NCBI GenBank assembly: GCA_035510465.1
Contig: DATKHC010000021.1
Coordinates: forward strand, 130,876 to 194,875
Length of the DNA: 64,000 bases
Reading direction: 5' to 3'
Origin: Candidatus Saccharimonadales bacterium
Lineage (GTDB): Bacteria > Patescibacteriota > Saccharimonadia > Saccharimonadales > DATKHC01
The notes under the pieces were generated by a model that was not told the origin of the DNA, searched no databases, and saw only the letters and a list, made by a program, of their open reading frames with translations. The position numbers and the translations under genes are program-made. Shown here piece after piece: positions 39,220-48,870 of the stretch (position 1 is the stretch's first letter; each line of letters opens with the position of its first letter).

Positions 39220-40716
39220 ATGGAAACTAAAGTAATCTTAATCGCCAGAGTTTCAGACAAAGAGCAACGTAAAGCGTTGCCCGCTCAAAAACAAAGACTT
39301 GAAAACTATGCCAATGATGTACTAAATAAGCCTTTCAAGTATTACCAGTTTGACGAAAGTGCCTATAAAGACGACAGACAAAAGTTCGCCTCGCTGATTG
39401 AGGATAAAATCCAATCACTAAAACACCCTGCCATTATCGTATTTGATAAGATTGACCGCTTTACCCGTGACGCATCCCAACGTGAGGTACGGATAATAAG
39501 TACTTTAGTAGAAAAAGGTAGTATTGAAATACACTTCCCGTCTGACAACCTATTCATTACCAAAAACTCACCTGCAACTGATTTGTTCAGGCTCGGTATC
39601 GGTATGCTACTGGCAAAATACTACTCAGATGCCAGTCGGGATAATGTCAAACGCCGATTTGAACAGATGCTAACCGATGGTATTTGGGTACACCGTGCCC
39701 CTATTGGCTACAAGAACATCATTGTAGGCGGCACACCACAAAGACCAATTAAAGGCATTGAGGTTGATGACGAAAAATCCCCTCACATCTTGAAAGCCTT
39801 TGAGATGAGAGCACTTGGCACACCCTACGAGATAATCGCTAGGCAGCTCAATGAGGACGGTTTCCGAACCAATGCGGGTAATAGAGCAACCAGAGGCTAT
39901 ATTGAACGAACACTAAACAACAAGTTTTATTATGGCAAGATGGTACATGGCGACAGAGAATACGACCATCATTACCCGCCAATCGTTAGCCAAGCACTGT
40001 TCAGAGAGAGCCAACGGATTAGAGAGCACCGCAAGCATGAAAAGACCAAGTACGACAGTAAAGACTACGCTTTCAAGAAAATCGTAAAGTGCGGCAAGTG
40101 TGGACGCTCAGTATCGCCGTTTAAGGCTCGTAACACAGTTTACTTGAGATGTGCCAACAACCATTGCGTTAATCCAAATACAGCCGTATCGCTTATAATA
40201 GACGGCGTGACTGATGACGTTTGTAATGTAGATGTACCTGAAAACTGGATTGACCAAGTTATTGCCGAGTTACGCAAACGCCACGATAACCAGCAGCTAT
40301 ACTTCACACAGAACATTGAAACTGCCCGTGCTGAGTACGACAAAATCAAAGAAAAGATGCGTAAGTTGTACTACGACCTACTTGAGGGACGTATTACTCA
40401 GCCTTTCCATGACGAAATTGCAAATGAACTTGAAGCAAGACAGCAGGAACTTAACGATAGGCTCAAGATGCTAACAAGTGATAATAAGTCATTCCAAGTG
40501 ACTGCTTCTTATCTGTTGGACTTGGCTCAGCGAGCCGAAAAGCTGTTCAAAGAGAGCGATGAGGGTTTGCAGCAAAAACTTTTAGACTACGTACTTTCAA
40601 ACATTGAACTTAACGACAAAAAGTTGTCATATATACTAAACGAACCCTTTAGAACGATAGTTGAGGCAAAGAAAAAAGCCCTTTCAGGCTCAAATCCAAA
40701 CTTATGGTGCGAGTGA
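39220..40716 (+). CDS. Large serine recombinase; stop codon lies inside the tRNA-Gly 3' end
   Basis: 498 aa. LIARVSDKEQ motif, zinc ribbon CGKCGRSV..LRCANNHC and a coiled coil. It ends ..NPNLWCE*, with TGG TGC GAG TGA being the antisense of the tRNA CCA end and acceptor stem. Confidence 0.9.
   Translation: METKVILIARVSDKEQRKALPAQKQRLENYANDVLNKPFKYYQFDESAYKDDRQKFASLIEDKIQSLKHPAIIVFDKIDRFTRDASQREVRIISTLVEKGSIEIHFPSDNLFITKNSPATDLFRLGIGMLLAKYYSDASRDNVKRRFEQMLTDGIWVHRAPIGYKNIIVGGTPQRPIKGIEVDDEKSPHILKAFEMRALGTPYEIIARQLNEDGFRTNAGNRATRGYIERTLNNKFYYGKMVHGDREYDHHYPPIVSQALFRESQRIREHRKHEKTKYDSKDYAFKKIVKCGKCGRSVSPFKARNTVYLRCANNHCVNPNTAVSLIIDGVTDDVCNVDVPENWIDQVIAELRKRHDNQQLYFTQNIETARAEYDKIKEKMRKLYYDLLEGRITQPFHDEIANELEARQQELNDRLKMLTSDNKSFQVTASYLLDLAQRAEKLFKESDEGLQQKLLDYVLSNIELNDKKLSYILNEPFRTIVEAKKKALSGSNPNLWCE
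40668..40690 (-). terminator. Putative terminator of tRNA-Gly, embedded antisense in the LSR coding sequence
   Basis: Minus sense: AGCC-tgaaag-GGCT followed by TTTTTCTTTG, 14 nt after the tRNA 3' end. The T-run is the antisense of Lys codons (..AKKKAL..). The stem is weak. Confidence 0.4.
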
Positions 40717-40780
40717 CGGGATTCAAACCCGTGGCCTCTTCCTTGGCAAGGAAGCGCTCTATCAGCTGAGCTACACTCGC
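40705..40780 (-). tRNA. tRNA-Gly (anticodon GCC), CCA encoded
   Basis: Manual fold: acceptor GCGAGTG/CACTCGC, anticodon stem CTTCC/GGAAG with loop TTGCCAA, T arm with GGTTTGAATCC. Confidence 0.9.
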
Positions 40781-40880
40781 ATAATTAAACCTATCTGAAA
40801 AATTATAGTGGTCAAAACCCCTAGCGGCAAGCCTACCTTATTGAGAAAGTTATGTTTTTCTTTTAAAATAACCATAAGTT

Positions 40881-40956
40881 GGCGCTTTAGCTCAGTTGGT
40901 AGAGCAGAGGCTTGAAGAGCCTTGTGTCCCCAGTTCGAGTCTGGGAGGCGCCACCA
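40881..40956 (+). tRNA. tRNA-Phe (anticodon GAA), CCA encoded
   Basis: Manual fold: acceptor GGCGCTT/AGGCGCC, anticodon stem GAGGC/GCCTT with loop TTGAAGA, T arm CCCAG-TTCGAGT-CTGGG. Confidence 0.9.
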
Positions 40957-41136
40957 AATCAGATAAACGATCGTAGATTATATTACAAGTCAAATATATT
41001 GACATTATAAATAGGCAGGTAGTACACTAATAAATACCATCGAGAGGTGGTAGATAATACTAGAAATAGTATTATCTGAAAAGAAGCTCTTTACGGGGCT
41101 TCTTTTCTTTTATATTAATTTTTTGCGAGCGAAAAT

Positions 41137-41213
41137 TGGTGGGGCTGGAGGGGCTCGAACCCCCGACCTCATGAATGTGAATCATGCGCTCTGGCCAACT
41201 GAGCTACAACCCC
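41137..41213 (-). tRNA. tRNA-Val (anticodon CAC), CCA encoded
   Basis: Manual fold: acceptor GGGGTTG/CAGCCCC, anticodon stem CATGA/TCATG with loop TTCACAT, T loop TTCGAGC. Confidence 0.9.
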
Positions 41214-41248
41214 AATTTTGATACAAGCTAAATATTATCAGATATAAA

Positions 41249-42511
41249 TTATTTAGGATCTATAAATTCTTTACACAATCTTTCAAATATAGAATTAGTC
41301 CAACCAAAGCCCGTTTGTGAAGGATAGACTCCTTTTAGGGGTGGCTTTGACGGGGAAACTACGTTATATTTTTCCAAAAATTCACCGTGTTCGTTGAACC
41401 AGGCTAGGTTGGTTCTAATCCACTTTTGAGCAATGTCTTTAGCTATTTTATCGTAACCATATCGTTTAAGACCCTCTATCACAATAAAGTGCAGTGGCGC
41501 CCAACCATTAGGATAGGCCCACTGAGTTGGAATGGCGCCCGGTACCAATTGATTAAACTGTTGGGCATCGGTTGTTGACAAGCCACCTCTTTGTTCAAAA
41601 CGTTTGATGGAGTGGACTAATTGATCAGCTTGAACCTGGTCAATCATACCCGCCCACATGGGGTAGAAAGTGGCAAGCGAGTTCACTACACCCCGCTTTT
41701 CTTTTACGAAGTTGTAATCATAATACATTCCTCGAAGATCGCTCCACATTAGCTCGTCGATTATATTTTTTCTATGATCCGCGGCTTTTGCCCATTGTGA
41801 TGCAGTTTCTTTTTCACCAGTTAATTCGTAAAAACGGACAAAATCCATTTCATAGCGAAATAGCAAACTATTAAGGTCAATCGGGAGATAATTAAGACAT
41901 TTTCTGTTGAATCTTGGCGTTAGATCCCAGCCACTTTCGGCCTCAGCCAAATCATGTAGATAATTTATATCGTAATACCGTGACAAGCCCTGGTAAATAA
42001 GTCGGGCGTTGGGTTTTACGGTACCCGTCCATACCGTGTGATACTCTTCTTCAGCAACTGCTATACGAGGCTTTAGCCATTCCAATCCTAAGTCGTATCT
42101 ATCATATAAGTTGAAGATAAAGGTCGTCAGGAAAGGCGGCTGTGACCGTCCTGTTAAGTATGTCCTGGATGCATTCGGGATAATTTTAAAGTGTTTAAAT
42201 AGACTTATTAAGTTATCGAGTATCCCTATTACTAGCTCTTTATGCTCATTGTCGAGAAGTCCCTGAACTACAAAGTAACTGTCCCAGTAATACATCTCAT
42301 TATAGTCAAACTCATGACTGGGTGAGTAGGCTGGCACGATGTATGGGTATGGTAAGCCAAATAAACTTTCGTCATCTTTAGGGTGATAGCGAATAAGCTT
42401 TGGCCAATAATCAGCAATATATTTTCTGGCAGCAGCCACATCGATCGAAGTGAGATCCTGTGTATCGCTGAAGAGGCTTTTTGCTATTTCTTTTGGTTTA
42501 GAGAACATCAT
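41249..42511 (-). CDS. Alpha,alpha-trehalase (GH37)
   Basis: Trehalase signatures YYWDSYF and WAYPNGWAPL. The track starts at TTG 42532; ATG 42511 is preferred. Confidence 0.8.
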   Translation of the reverse strand: MMFSKPKEIAKSLFSDTQDLTSIDVAAARKYIADYWPKLIRYHPKDDESLFGLPYPYIVPAYSPSHEFDYNEMYYWDSYFVVQGLLDNEHKELVIGILDNLISLFKHFKIIPNASRTYLTGRSQPPFLTTFIFNLYDRYDLGLEWLKPRIAVAEEEYHTVWTGTVKPNARLIYQGLSRYYDINYLHDLAEAESGWDLTPRFNRKCLNYLPIDLNSLLFRYEMDFVRFYELTGEKETASQWAKAADHRKNIIDELMWSDLRGMYYDYNFVKEKRGVVNSLATFYPMWAGMIDQVQADQLVHSIKRFEQRGGLSTTDAQQFNQLVPGAIPTQWAYPNGWAPLHFIVIEGLKRYGYDKIAKDIAQKWIRTNLAWFNEHGEFLEKYNVVSPSKPPLKGVYPSQTGFGWTNSIFERLCKEFIDPK

Positions 42512-42580
42512 TTTCAGACTAATCCTTTGCAACCGATATCGTCAAGTGTAATAAACTAAGCGGAATTAAAGAAAATCTAC

Positions 42581-43294
42581 TTAGCAGGCATAGTCGGTAT
42601 CAAGTTGGCCGATATATTGGGTTAGTAAAACCGCTCCGCCGTTGAAGCTATTTTCACGGCAATAACTCTGAGCAACTGATCTAAAATTACTATTTGAAGC
42701 TACCCAAGCTGGCCATTTATTCTGCCAATTTCCCGTAAGTGTCTGCCAGCCGCCTGGATATGCGTAAACTCCGAGCACCGTTGGTTGGGCGTAAAAACTA
42801 AGAGCATTTGCCTCTCCGCCAATACTTGCTTGGTTAGTACTTGGTTCGTTGGCCCAAGAATTGATTGTTTCAACATCCAACCACCAGTCTCTCGAAACCA
42901 CGCCGTGGCTCAGTGCATAGTTAAAACTGTATTTAGCGGCGTTAAAACCGTAGTTATAGGCTAAACACGCGTCATTCGAGAAGGAACAAGACTTGGGCCA
43001 CTGGCTATATTTATCAGCATATGGGCGTCCAGGATAGCCAGTATTTGTATAAAGAGAAAGGTCACTCTTAAACAAACTCGCCTCCTGACCTACGCACAGA
43101 TTTGGATGAAAGCTTAAACCACCACTAACTCCAACAACGCCAAACGGTGTCAGGGGAGAAATCTTTGCCTCACAGTTAGGCCAAGAAACGTCATAGCCAG
43201 TTTTACCTGAACTAAAATCTGTATATGCAAAAGCCTGCGAGGGCGCGCATAGCAAACAAGCGAAAACAAACAGACCAGTTATTGTTCGCCTCAT
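42581..43294 (-). CDS. Secreted glycoside-hydrolase-like protein (GH25/DUF1906-like)
   Basis: Signal-like N-terminus LFVFACLLCAPSQAFA, plus GYDVSWPNC and WWLDVE motifs. Confidence 0.5.
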   Translation of the reverse strand: MRRTITGLFVFACLLCAPSQAFAYTDFSSGKTGYDVSWPNCEAKISPLTPFGVVGVSGGLSFHPNLCVGQEASLFKSDLSLYTNTGYPGRPYADKYSQWPKSCSFSNDACLAYNYGFNAAKYSFNYALSHGVVSRDWWLDVETINSWANEPSTNQASIGGEANALSFYAQPTVLGVYAYPGGWQTLTGNWQNKWPAWVASNSNFRSVAQSYCRENSFNGGAVLLTQYIGQLDTDYAC

Positions 43295-43319
43295 ACCGTA
43301 TATATTATGATCCTTGTGT

Positions 43320-44102
43320 CTAGGTTTTGATATCTCTTCTCACAAAAAAGATAAAAGACAGGACTATCAAAACTAGTCCAAAGATTGCCAGAACTTCGGT
43401 GTTGTGTTTGTTAAACACCTCTAGGTTTTGATAGTAATGAAAAGGTGACAGCTTATCTATCCCCTGTAGAGACTTGACCGTCGGAGCCATGCTACTGATC
43501 AGATAACTACCAAATGCGAAAGTAGTAGATAGCCCAGTTACAATCCCTTTAGTCCCAAAAATTGAACTAAGTAGCAGCGCAACAAGACCAAAATCAAGAC
43601 TTATGAGTAAACATTCAAGACTTTCTTGAATGATCTTTAATAAACTGTAGTGGGTGTGAATTGAAATTAGACCCAGTTTTACTCCAACAACTATTCCAAC
43701 TGAAGCAACCACCACCACCAAGATGGCGCAAACTAATTTCGTCAAGAATATTTTCTTTCGAGTAAGTGGCAAGCTTATTTGAGCTTCAAGCAAGCCTTTG
43801 CGTTCCTCGGATACATATAAATTGTTAAACAATAGGATGCTTAATATGATCAGTAGTAAGGGTTCTCGCAAAGCAAAAATTTCCTGAGCTATATAGCCAC
43901 CAATTGAACTGAAGGTATTAGCACCCCCAGTGACCTGTTGTAGGCCTTTGGGCAAAGTGTTAAAAACCTGTCCCAGGTTGCTATTTTTGAGCGCTGGAAA
44001 AAAAATAATTGTAAAGAAAGTCACTCCCACAAGCCCCGCAAACCACCAAATCATTGTCTTTCGTTTTTGATAGAGTATTTTTTTTAAATAACCGCCGGTC
44101 AT
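43320..44102 (-). CDS. ABC-2 type transporter permease
   Basis: 260 aa with six hydrophobic helices. Abuts the upstream ABC ATPase gene. Confidence 0.75.
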   Translation of the reverse strand: MTGGYLKKILYQKRKTMIWWFAGLVGVTFFTIIFFPALKNSNLGQVFNTLPKGLQQVTGGANTFSSIGGYIAQEIFALREPLLLIILSILLFNNLYVSEERKGLLEAQISLPLTRKKIFLTKLVCAILVVVVASVGIVVGVKLGLISIHTHYSLLKIIQESLECLLISLDFGLVALLLSSIFGTKGIVTGLSTTFAFGSYLISSMAPTVKSLQGIDKLSPFHYYQNLEVFNKHNTEVLAIFGLVLIVLSFIFFVRRDIKT

Positions 44103-45029
44103 CTACTTTTCCACGTCTTCATTCTTATTTTTATAGAAACCAATAAATACATCTTCAAGATCAGGTTCCTCGATAACAACATCACTCAAATCCTGAACAG
44201 ATAGGAATTTAAGCAATTTTTTTATGTCTCCGTTATATGTAAATCCTAGCGAACGACCACTTGAACGGAAAAGATTAAGACCACTTATGCTCTTAAAAGT
44301 TTCTTTTAATTTTTTAACTCCGCCTTTTGCGACAATAATTTCAACCCGCTTAGTCGTCTGATCTCTCAAACCAGCCAATGTTTTGATGGCAATAATTTCA
44401 CCGTCTTTAATAAAAGCGACTCTGTCACAAACTTTTTCAACCTCTCCCAGGTCATGAGATGACATAAACACAGTTCCGCCTCGATCTTTAAAACCTCCTA
44501 ATAAATTCAGGAACTTCTCCTGCATAATTGGGTCAAAGCCTGAGGTAGGCTCATCTAATATCAAGAGTTCAGGACGATGCATAATTGCTGCTATCAATCC
44601 TATTTTTTGTTTATTACCTCTCGAGTATTTTCCTATCTTTACTTTTAAATCGACTTCAAAAATTTTAGCTAAGCTCAGTATACGGTTACGGTTGCGACCT
44701 CCGAATAGCCCGTCGATAAAGTTTAGGTATTGCATCCCACTTAGGTCTTCGTCCATTTTCATATCGTCAGATAAATAACCAATTCGCGAGTGTATCTGTT
44801 TAACTTTTTTATTACTGAGATCGAAAAGTTGGACTTGTCCCTTAGAGGCTTTTAAGACATTTAAAATCACCCTTATAGTGGTGGTTTTACCTGCACCATT
44901 TGGTCCTAAGAAACCAAAAATTTCACCTTTTTCAACCGTTAGGCTTACATCCTTAAGAATTTTTTTTGAGCCCAACGATTTGTAAATATTAGTGAGCTCA
45001 ATTATTGAGTTCTTGGTCGTTCTTGGCAT
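44103..45029 (-). CDS. ABC transporter ATP-binding protein
   Basis: Walker A GPNGAGKTT, Walker B LLILDEPTSGFD. Likely start is M30 of the track ORF (45029). Confidence 0.85.
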   Translation of the reverse strand: MPRTTKNSIIELTNIYKSLGSKKILKDVSLTVEKGEIFGFLGPNGAGKTTTIRVILNVLKASKGQVQLFDLSNKKVKQIHSRIGYLSDDMKMDEDLSGMQYLNFIDGLFGGRNRNRILSLAKIFEVDLKVKIGKYSRGNKQKIGLIAAIMHRPELLILDEPTSGFDPIMQEKFLNLLGGFKDRGGTVFMSSHDLGEVEKVCDRVAFIKDGEIIAIKTLAGLRDQTTKRVEIIVAKGGVKKLKETFKSISGLNLFRSSGRSLGFTYNGDIKKLLKFLSVQDLSDVVIEEPDLEDVFIGFYKNKNEDVEK

Positions 45030-45410
45030 TTTCCCAGCTTCCGCATTTAGTATTAGGCACCTTTTAGTCTCATCATACGCTAATGGTTTTTCCCCAGCAA
45101 GCAAGGTGATTACCAAAGAAAAGTTACTTTTTTCTGCATAGTGTAATTAAACATACATCGCTAAAAGTCCTCTGGCTGTACTATTACACCAATTAGGTTT
45201 TTATTGATCGTGTTTAGAGATGAGTTGTTATCGGGAGCCATTATATTATTCGATTCTCCTGGCCTTCAGTTTACCGGGGGTTATCATGTCTTTACTATTA
45301 TTAAACAACCCCATCGTAGTTATTTTCTGTAATTTTCCGATTCTTTTTGCCTATAACTCAGTTTTGACTTCGTCTAAGAAAACAGAAAAATTCAAAGAGG
45401 TTTATCCATT

Positions 45411-45659
45411 ATGGCTAGCGTAAATCTTCTTTACAATCGTTTGGTCTGGATTACTTCCGACTACCTTGGGCCAACCGCTGATAGTTTTATTTCGCATCAG
45501 ATAAAAAATCACTTAAACAAGTCTCCTCAAAACTTAGTCCCTGGGGACATTACCGAACTAGCGGAATGGCTTAAAGTTTCAATGGCTTTTTTGACCAAAG
45601 ACACCTCGACTATCAATAACTATTTTGAAGCCCTTAAGAAATTAGCTAGGGAAACGTGA
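45411..45659 (+). CDS. Hypothetical small protein, overlapping the start of the kinase gene
   Basis: 82 aa. Its stop overlaps the start of the histidine kinase gene. Confidence 0.5.
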   Translation: MASVNLLYNRLVWITSDYLGPTADSFISHQIKNHLNKSPQNLVPGDITELAEWLKVSMAFLTKDTSTINNYFEALKKLARET

Positions 45660-46834
45660 TGACCGGAAAACTTGATCAAACTAAGGAAAGCCTGCTAAAA
45701 CGGGTTCGAACTCTTTTAATTTTTAACCACGCTGAAAAAGCTAAATCTAACGCACTGTTTGAAAGCATGGGAGAAGGAGTAATTGCGACAGATAATATGG
45801 GCCGTGTCGTTAGGACTAACCAAGCGGCTACCGACATTTTAGGATACCCTAAAAAAGAGCTGATCGGTCAGTGGTTTCAAGATGTTATACTTTTCTGCCT
45901 AGAAGACGGTAGCGTCGTAGATCCATCAAACAGCCCGATTTATAAAACTTTGTTGAGCGGGAAAACTCATAAGGCCAATGGCTTCTTTAAAACAAATGAA
46001 GGGATTCTCGTACCAGTCTCCGTTACTTCATCGCCAATTATTTTGAGCGGTAGACCAATTGGAGCTTTGGAAATATTCAGAGATGTTACGAAAGAACTAG
46101 AGTCAGATCGAATGAAAACTGAGTTTATGTCACTTGCTTCTCACCAACTCAGAACACCGTTATCAGCTATCAACACTTATGCATTTTTGTTGAAGGAAGA
46201 CTACGCTGGCAAACTAAACGCTAATCAAAGTTCTTTCGTCGAAGTCATTTTAGCTGCTTCGAAAAGAATGAATCAACTGATCAGTTCACTACTTAATTTA
46301 ACGAGACTTGAGGGTGGTAAGTTGACAATTGCCTCTCAGCCAACAGACGTTGCTAAACAACTCAAAAAATCAATCCGCGAATTTGAGCCACAACTCAAGA
46401 AAAAGAAAATAACACTAGGGAGTGATATTTCATCGAAATTAGGGTCAATAAGAACTGACCGTATGATTGTTGGAGAGATTATCAATAACCTACTCTCTAA
46501 CGCCTATAAATATTCACCGCAGGGCGGGAAAATTTCAGTGTCTCTGGGGCGAGAAGGAAATAACATCGTCATGTCAGTCAAAGACAGTGGTTATGGCATA
46601 CCTTCTGAGTTACAAGAGTTGGTTTTTACTAAATTCTTTAGAGCCAGCAATGTAGTTGACAGGGAGGAGACTGGTACCGGGTTGGGTCTTTACCTTACAA
46701 AAATACTAGCCGAACACATCGACGGTGAAATATGGTTTACTAGCAAGGAAAATAGAGGATCTACTTTCTATTTTTCCCTACCCAAGACTGGAACGTTAGC
46801 CAAACAAGGCCGATTTAAATTAGAGATAACGTAA
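45656..46834 (+). CDS. PAS-domain sensor histidine kinase
   Basis: H-box SHQLRTPL, N-box NLLSNAYKYS, G-boxes DSGYGI and GTGLGL, with an N-terminal PAS-like region. Confidence 0.9.
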   Translation: MMTGKLDQTKESLLKRVRTLLIFNHAEKAKSNALFESMGEGVIATDNMGRVVRTNQAATDILGYPKKELIGQWFQDVILFCLEDGSVVDPSNSPIYKTLLSGKTHKANGFFKTNEGILVPVSVTSSPIILSGRPIGALEIFRDVTKELESDRMKTEFMSLASHQLRTPLSAINTYAFLLKEDYAGKLNANQSSFVEVILAASKRMNQLISSLLNLTRLEGGKLTIASQPTDVAKQLKKSIREFEPQLKKKKITLGSDISSKLGSIRTDRMIVGEIINNLLSNAYKYSPQGGKISVSLGREGNNIVMSVKDSGYGIPSELQELVFTKFFRASNVVDREETGTGLGLYLTKILAEHIDGEIWFTSKENRGSTFYFSLPKTGTLAKQGRFKLEIT

Positions 46835-46913
46835 TTAGTTAGAATTTATACTGTTAGATAATTTAGATCGGTTACTATTAGCACGAAACAAACTTAATGG
46901 GGAATTTTAAAGA

Positions 46914-47282
46914 GTGGCTAAAATATTAATTGTCGAGGATGACGAAGACTTAAACAAGGCGTATAGCCTAATATTAAAAAGGGAGAAACATTCTGTTAAT
47001 TCAGTTTTTGATGGACAGCAAGCCCTAGATAAACTAAAGCGATTTCAACCAGATTTAATACTTCTTGATCTGCTGATGCCTATAAAATCCGGTTTAGACT
47101 TTCTGAGAGAATATACGAAACGTAGAAAAGAAGAGAACGCTAAGGTCGTTATCTTTACTAATTTGGAGAATTCGCCTGAAATCATTGAGGCATTCGATCT
47201 TGGAGCCTACAAATGTATAGTAAAATCTTGGACCGCTCCTCAGGGACTAGCCAAGGTGGTCAACGACGTTCTACGGGCTTGA
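46914..47282 (+). CDS. Single-domain response regulator (CheY-like receiver)
   Basis: 122 aa. ILIVEDDEDL.. and ..DLILLDLLMP.. give the receiver acidic pocket. Confidence 0.85.
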   Translation: MAKILIVEDDEDLNKAYSLILKREKHSVNSVFDGQQALDKLKRFQPDLILLDLLMPIKSGLDFLREYTKRRKEENAKVVIFTNLENSPEIIEAFDLGAYKCIVKSWTAPQGLAKVVNDVLRA

Positions 47283-47949
47283 GCGAGCTTGTGCTGGCAT
47301 TTATTAATCTATTGAGCTGACTCAGATCAACTTCGTAAAATTCCCTGTCGCGACCGTAGTGAATCACTCCCTTTCTTTTGAGTTTATTAAGACCAACCGC
47401 AACTGTTTCACGTCTAAGCCCAGTTAGATTCGCAATTTCTTGATGCGTGAGACTAATACCTATCTGGACAATGTTATGCCCAATCACAGTTCCGTAATTA
47501 ATCGCCAGGTAGGAAATAACGTTGATCAACTTATCTACTGCTTTGGAATTAAGTAATGAAGTTAAACGCTTAGCCTGCTTAACTTCTGAGCGAGCATACT
47601 TTTCTAGCTCAAAAATAATCATTCCTTCTGTTTTTCTTAGGAAAAATTGATAGGCTTGTTTATTTAAAACACGAAGTTCAGTATCAGTTAAAGATTCATA
47701 ATAAAAGTGTGATGTTGGAGTTTGATTGAGTAACCATGGGTACGGAAAGACATCTGCGGATGTTAGTAAATATGCTAACTGTTCGTCACCCTGCGCGTTA
47801 ATGTCATAAGATTTAACGATGCCTTTTTTGATTACATAACCGGACTGCGGTGACTCCCCTTGAAATAACAGCATTTGTCCGGATTTGAATGACCTAATAG
47901 GTTGCTGATCAATAAAGCGCCCCCAAAGCAACCGAGTGTCAGTATCCAT
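47260..47949 (-). CDS. Crp/Fnr-family transcriptional regulator
   Basis: cNMP-binding-like N-terminal region and a C-terminal HTH (HQEIANLTGLRRETVAVGLNKLKRKGVI). Confidence 0.8.
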   Translation of the reverse strand: MDTDTRLLWGRFIDQQPIRSFKSGQMLLFQGESPQSGYVIKKGIVKSYDINAQGDEQLAYLLTSADVFPYPWLLNQTPTSHFYYESLTDTELRVLNKQAYQFFLRKTEGMIIFELEKYARSEVKQAKRLTSLLNSKAVDKLINVISYLAINYGTVIGHNIVQIGISLTHQEIANLTGLRRETVAVGLNKLKRKGVIHYGRDREFYEVDLSQLNRLINASTSSLKPVERR

Positions 47950-48032
47950 GTATTTCTATTTTATTAGAAATCTTCATCAATTACGACTGATATGTAATAA
48001 TTCTCACTCAGCTATCACGGTCCAAGCCTGAA

Positions 48033-48095
48033 TTATAATTTCGGTTTAGGCTGTTTCGGTTTCTTAACTTCTTTTCTACCTTTATCTTTAGACAT
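48033..48095 (-). CDS. Possible 20-aa basic micro-protein
   Basis: MSKDKGRKEVKKPKQPKPKL*, preceded by the SD-like gagaggtg 5 nt upstream. Too short for confidence. Confidence 0.25.
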   Translation of the reverse strand: MSKDKGRKEVKKPKQPKPKL

Positions 48096-48188
48096 AAGCA
48101 CCTCTCTAATTACTAAAGTATATCACTGGACTCTATTAGATAAACACGGGGAAGGTATCGTCCCTGTGGCAAAAACCTTCCAGTGGCG

Positions 48189-48668
48189 CTAAACGGGTTC
48201 GGTTTCGTATTCAGAGTAAATGACACCACTCAATACATCTTCAATTACTAACCTAACTAGGGGAAGCATATTATCAGGAAGCTTATCTAAAGGAAACCAC
48301 GACAAATCGTCGCACTTTCCCGGTTCTTTGTTTGTTACCTCACCGTCCCACCGCCAAGCCTCGAAAAATAAATCAATTCTTTCCTGGTCTTTTTGATTTC
48401 TCGTAAGCCGATGTGCTATATGCACAAATTTTAAATCGGTTTGACTCAATTCTATCCCAGCCTCTTCTTCAGCTTCTCTTATTATGGCATCTGTACTAAG
48501 CTCGTCACCGTCTTGGTGTCCAGCGATTACGCTATACTTGCCATCTTGATACCCCGTATTTGCTCGTCTTAACAGCAATATTTCATTATCTCGCCTTAAT
48601 AGCAGGTATACAGCTGGAATTAATTTAAACCTCTCTTTCGGATGACTGTCTGTTCCCGTTTTATTCAT
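48189..48668 (-). CDS. Nudix hydrolase
   Basis: Nudix box GHQDGDELSTDAIIREAEEEAGI. The track ORF extends to 48767, but that extension is read-through of repeat unit 1. Start set at MNKTG (48668). Confidence 0.85.
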   Translation of the reverse strand: MNKTGTDSHPKERFKLIPAVYLLLRRDNEILLLRRANTGYQDGKYSVIAGHQDGDELSTDAIIREAEEEAGIELSQTDLKFVHIAHRLTRNQKDQERIDLFFEAWRWDGEVTNKEPGKCDDLSWFPLDKLPDNMLPLVRLVIEDVLSGVIYSEYETEPV

Positions 48669-48697
48669 ACATTGATAATTACTATAGCAAAACACAA

Positions 48698-48870
48698 CAA
48701 AAACCCCTGAATTAACAAGGGTCATAATGCTTATGGTGGAGCACCTCCAAAATAATTCACCCCTCATATTTGATGAAATAAGGAGATAGAGGTATTTACT
48801 CTGGGATGAGTACCTATATTTCCAACAGAGTAAAACTAGCTTTAAGAAGGTAGGTATCCCCTGATGGTAT
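48698..48870 (+). repeat. ssrA-array junction unit 1 (hairpin, LSR-end remnant, core 48734-48742, tail arm with nonsense codon)
   Basis: Tail frame reads MVEHLQNNSPLIFDEIRR*, with TGG changed to TAG at 48787-48789. Hairpin cccctg..caaggg lies at 48704-48721. Confidence 0.65.

Larger units (their letters stand above)
33341..40713 (+). mobile_element. Integrative element E-C (~7.4 kb) inserted at tRNA-Gly(GCC), with LSR 39220..40716 at the right end and its detached tail at the left end
   Basis: The TGGTGCG core is present at both ends. Contains XRE, excisionase-like HTH, SpoVG-like, Rep-like and LSR genes. Confidence 0.6.

Noticed and set aside
45220-45423. 67-aa ORF upstream of the two-component operon
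   Set aside because: It has no ribosome-binding site and a hydrophobic low-complexity composition. It overlaps the start of the next ORF and is probably spurious.
48669-48767. N-terminal 33-residue extension of the Nudix ORF (MRGELFWRCSTISIMT..)
   Set aside because: This is read-through of junction unit 1 on the opposite strand to its tail frame. The same peptide would arise from every unit. The Nudix start was set at MNKTG.
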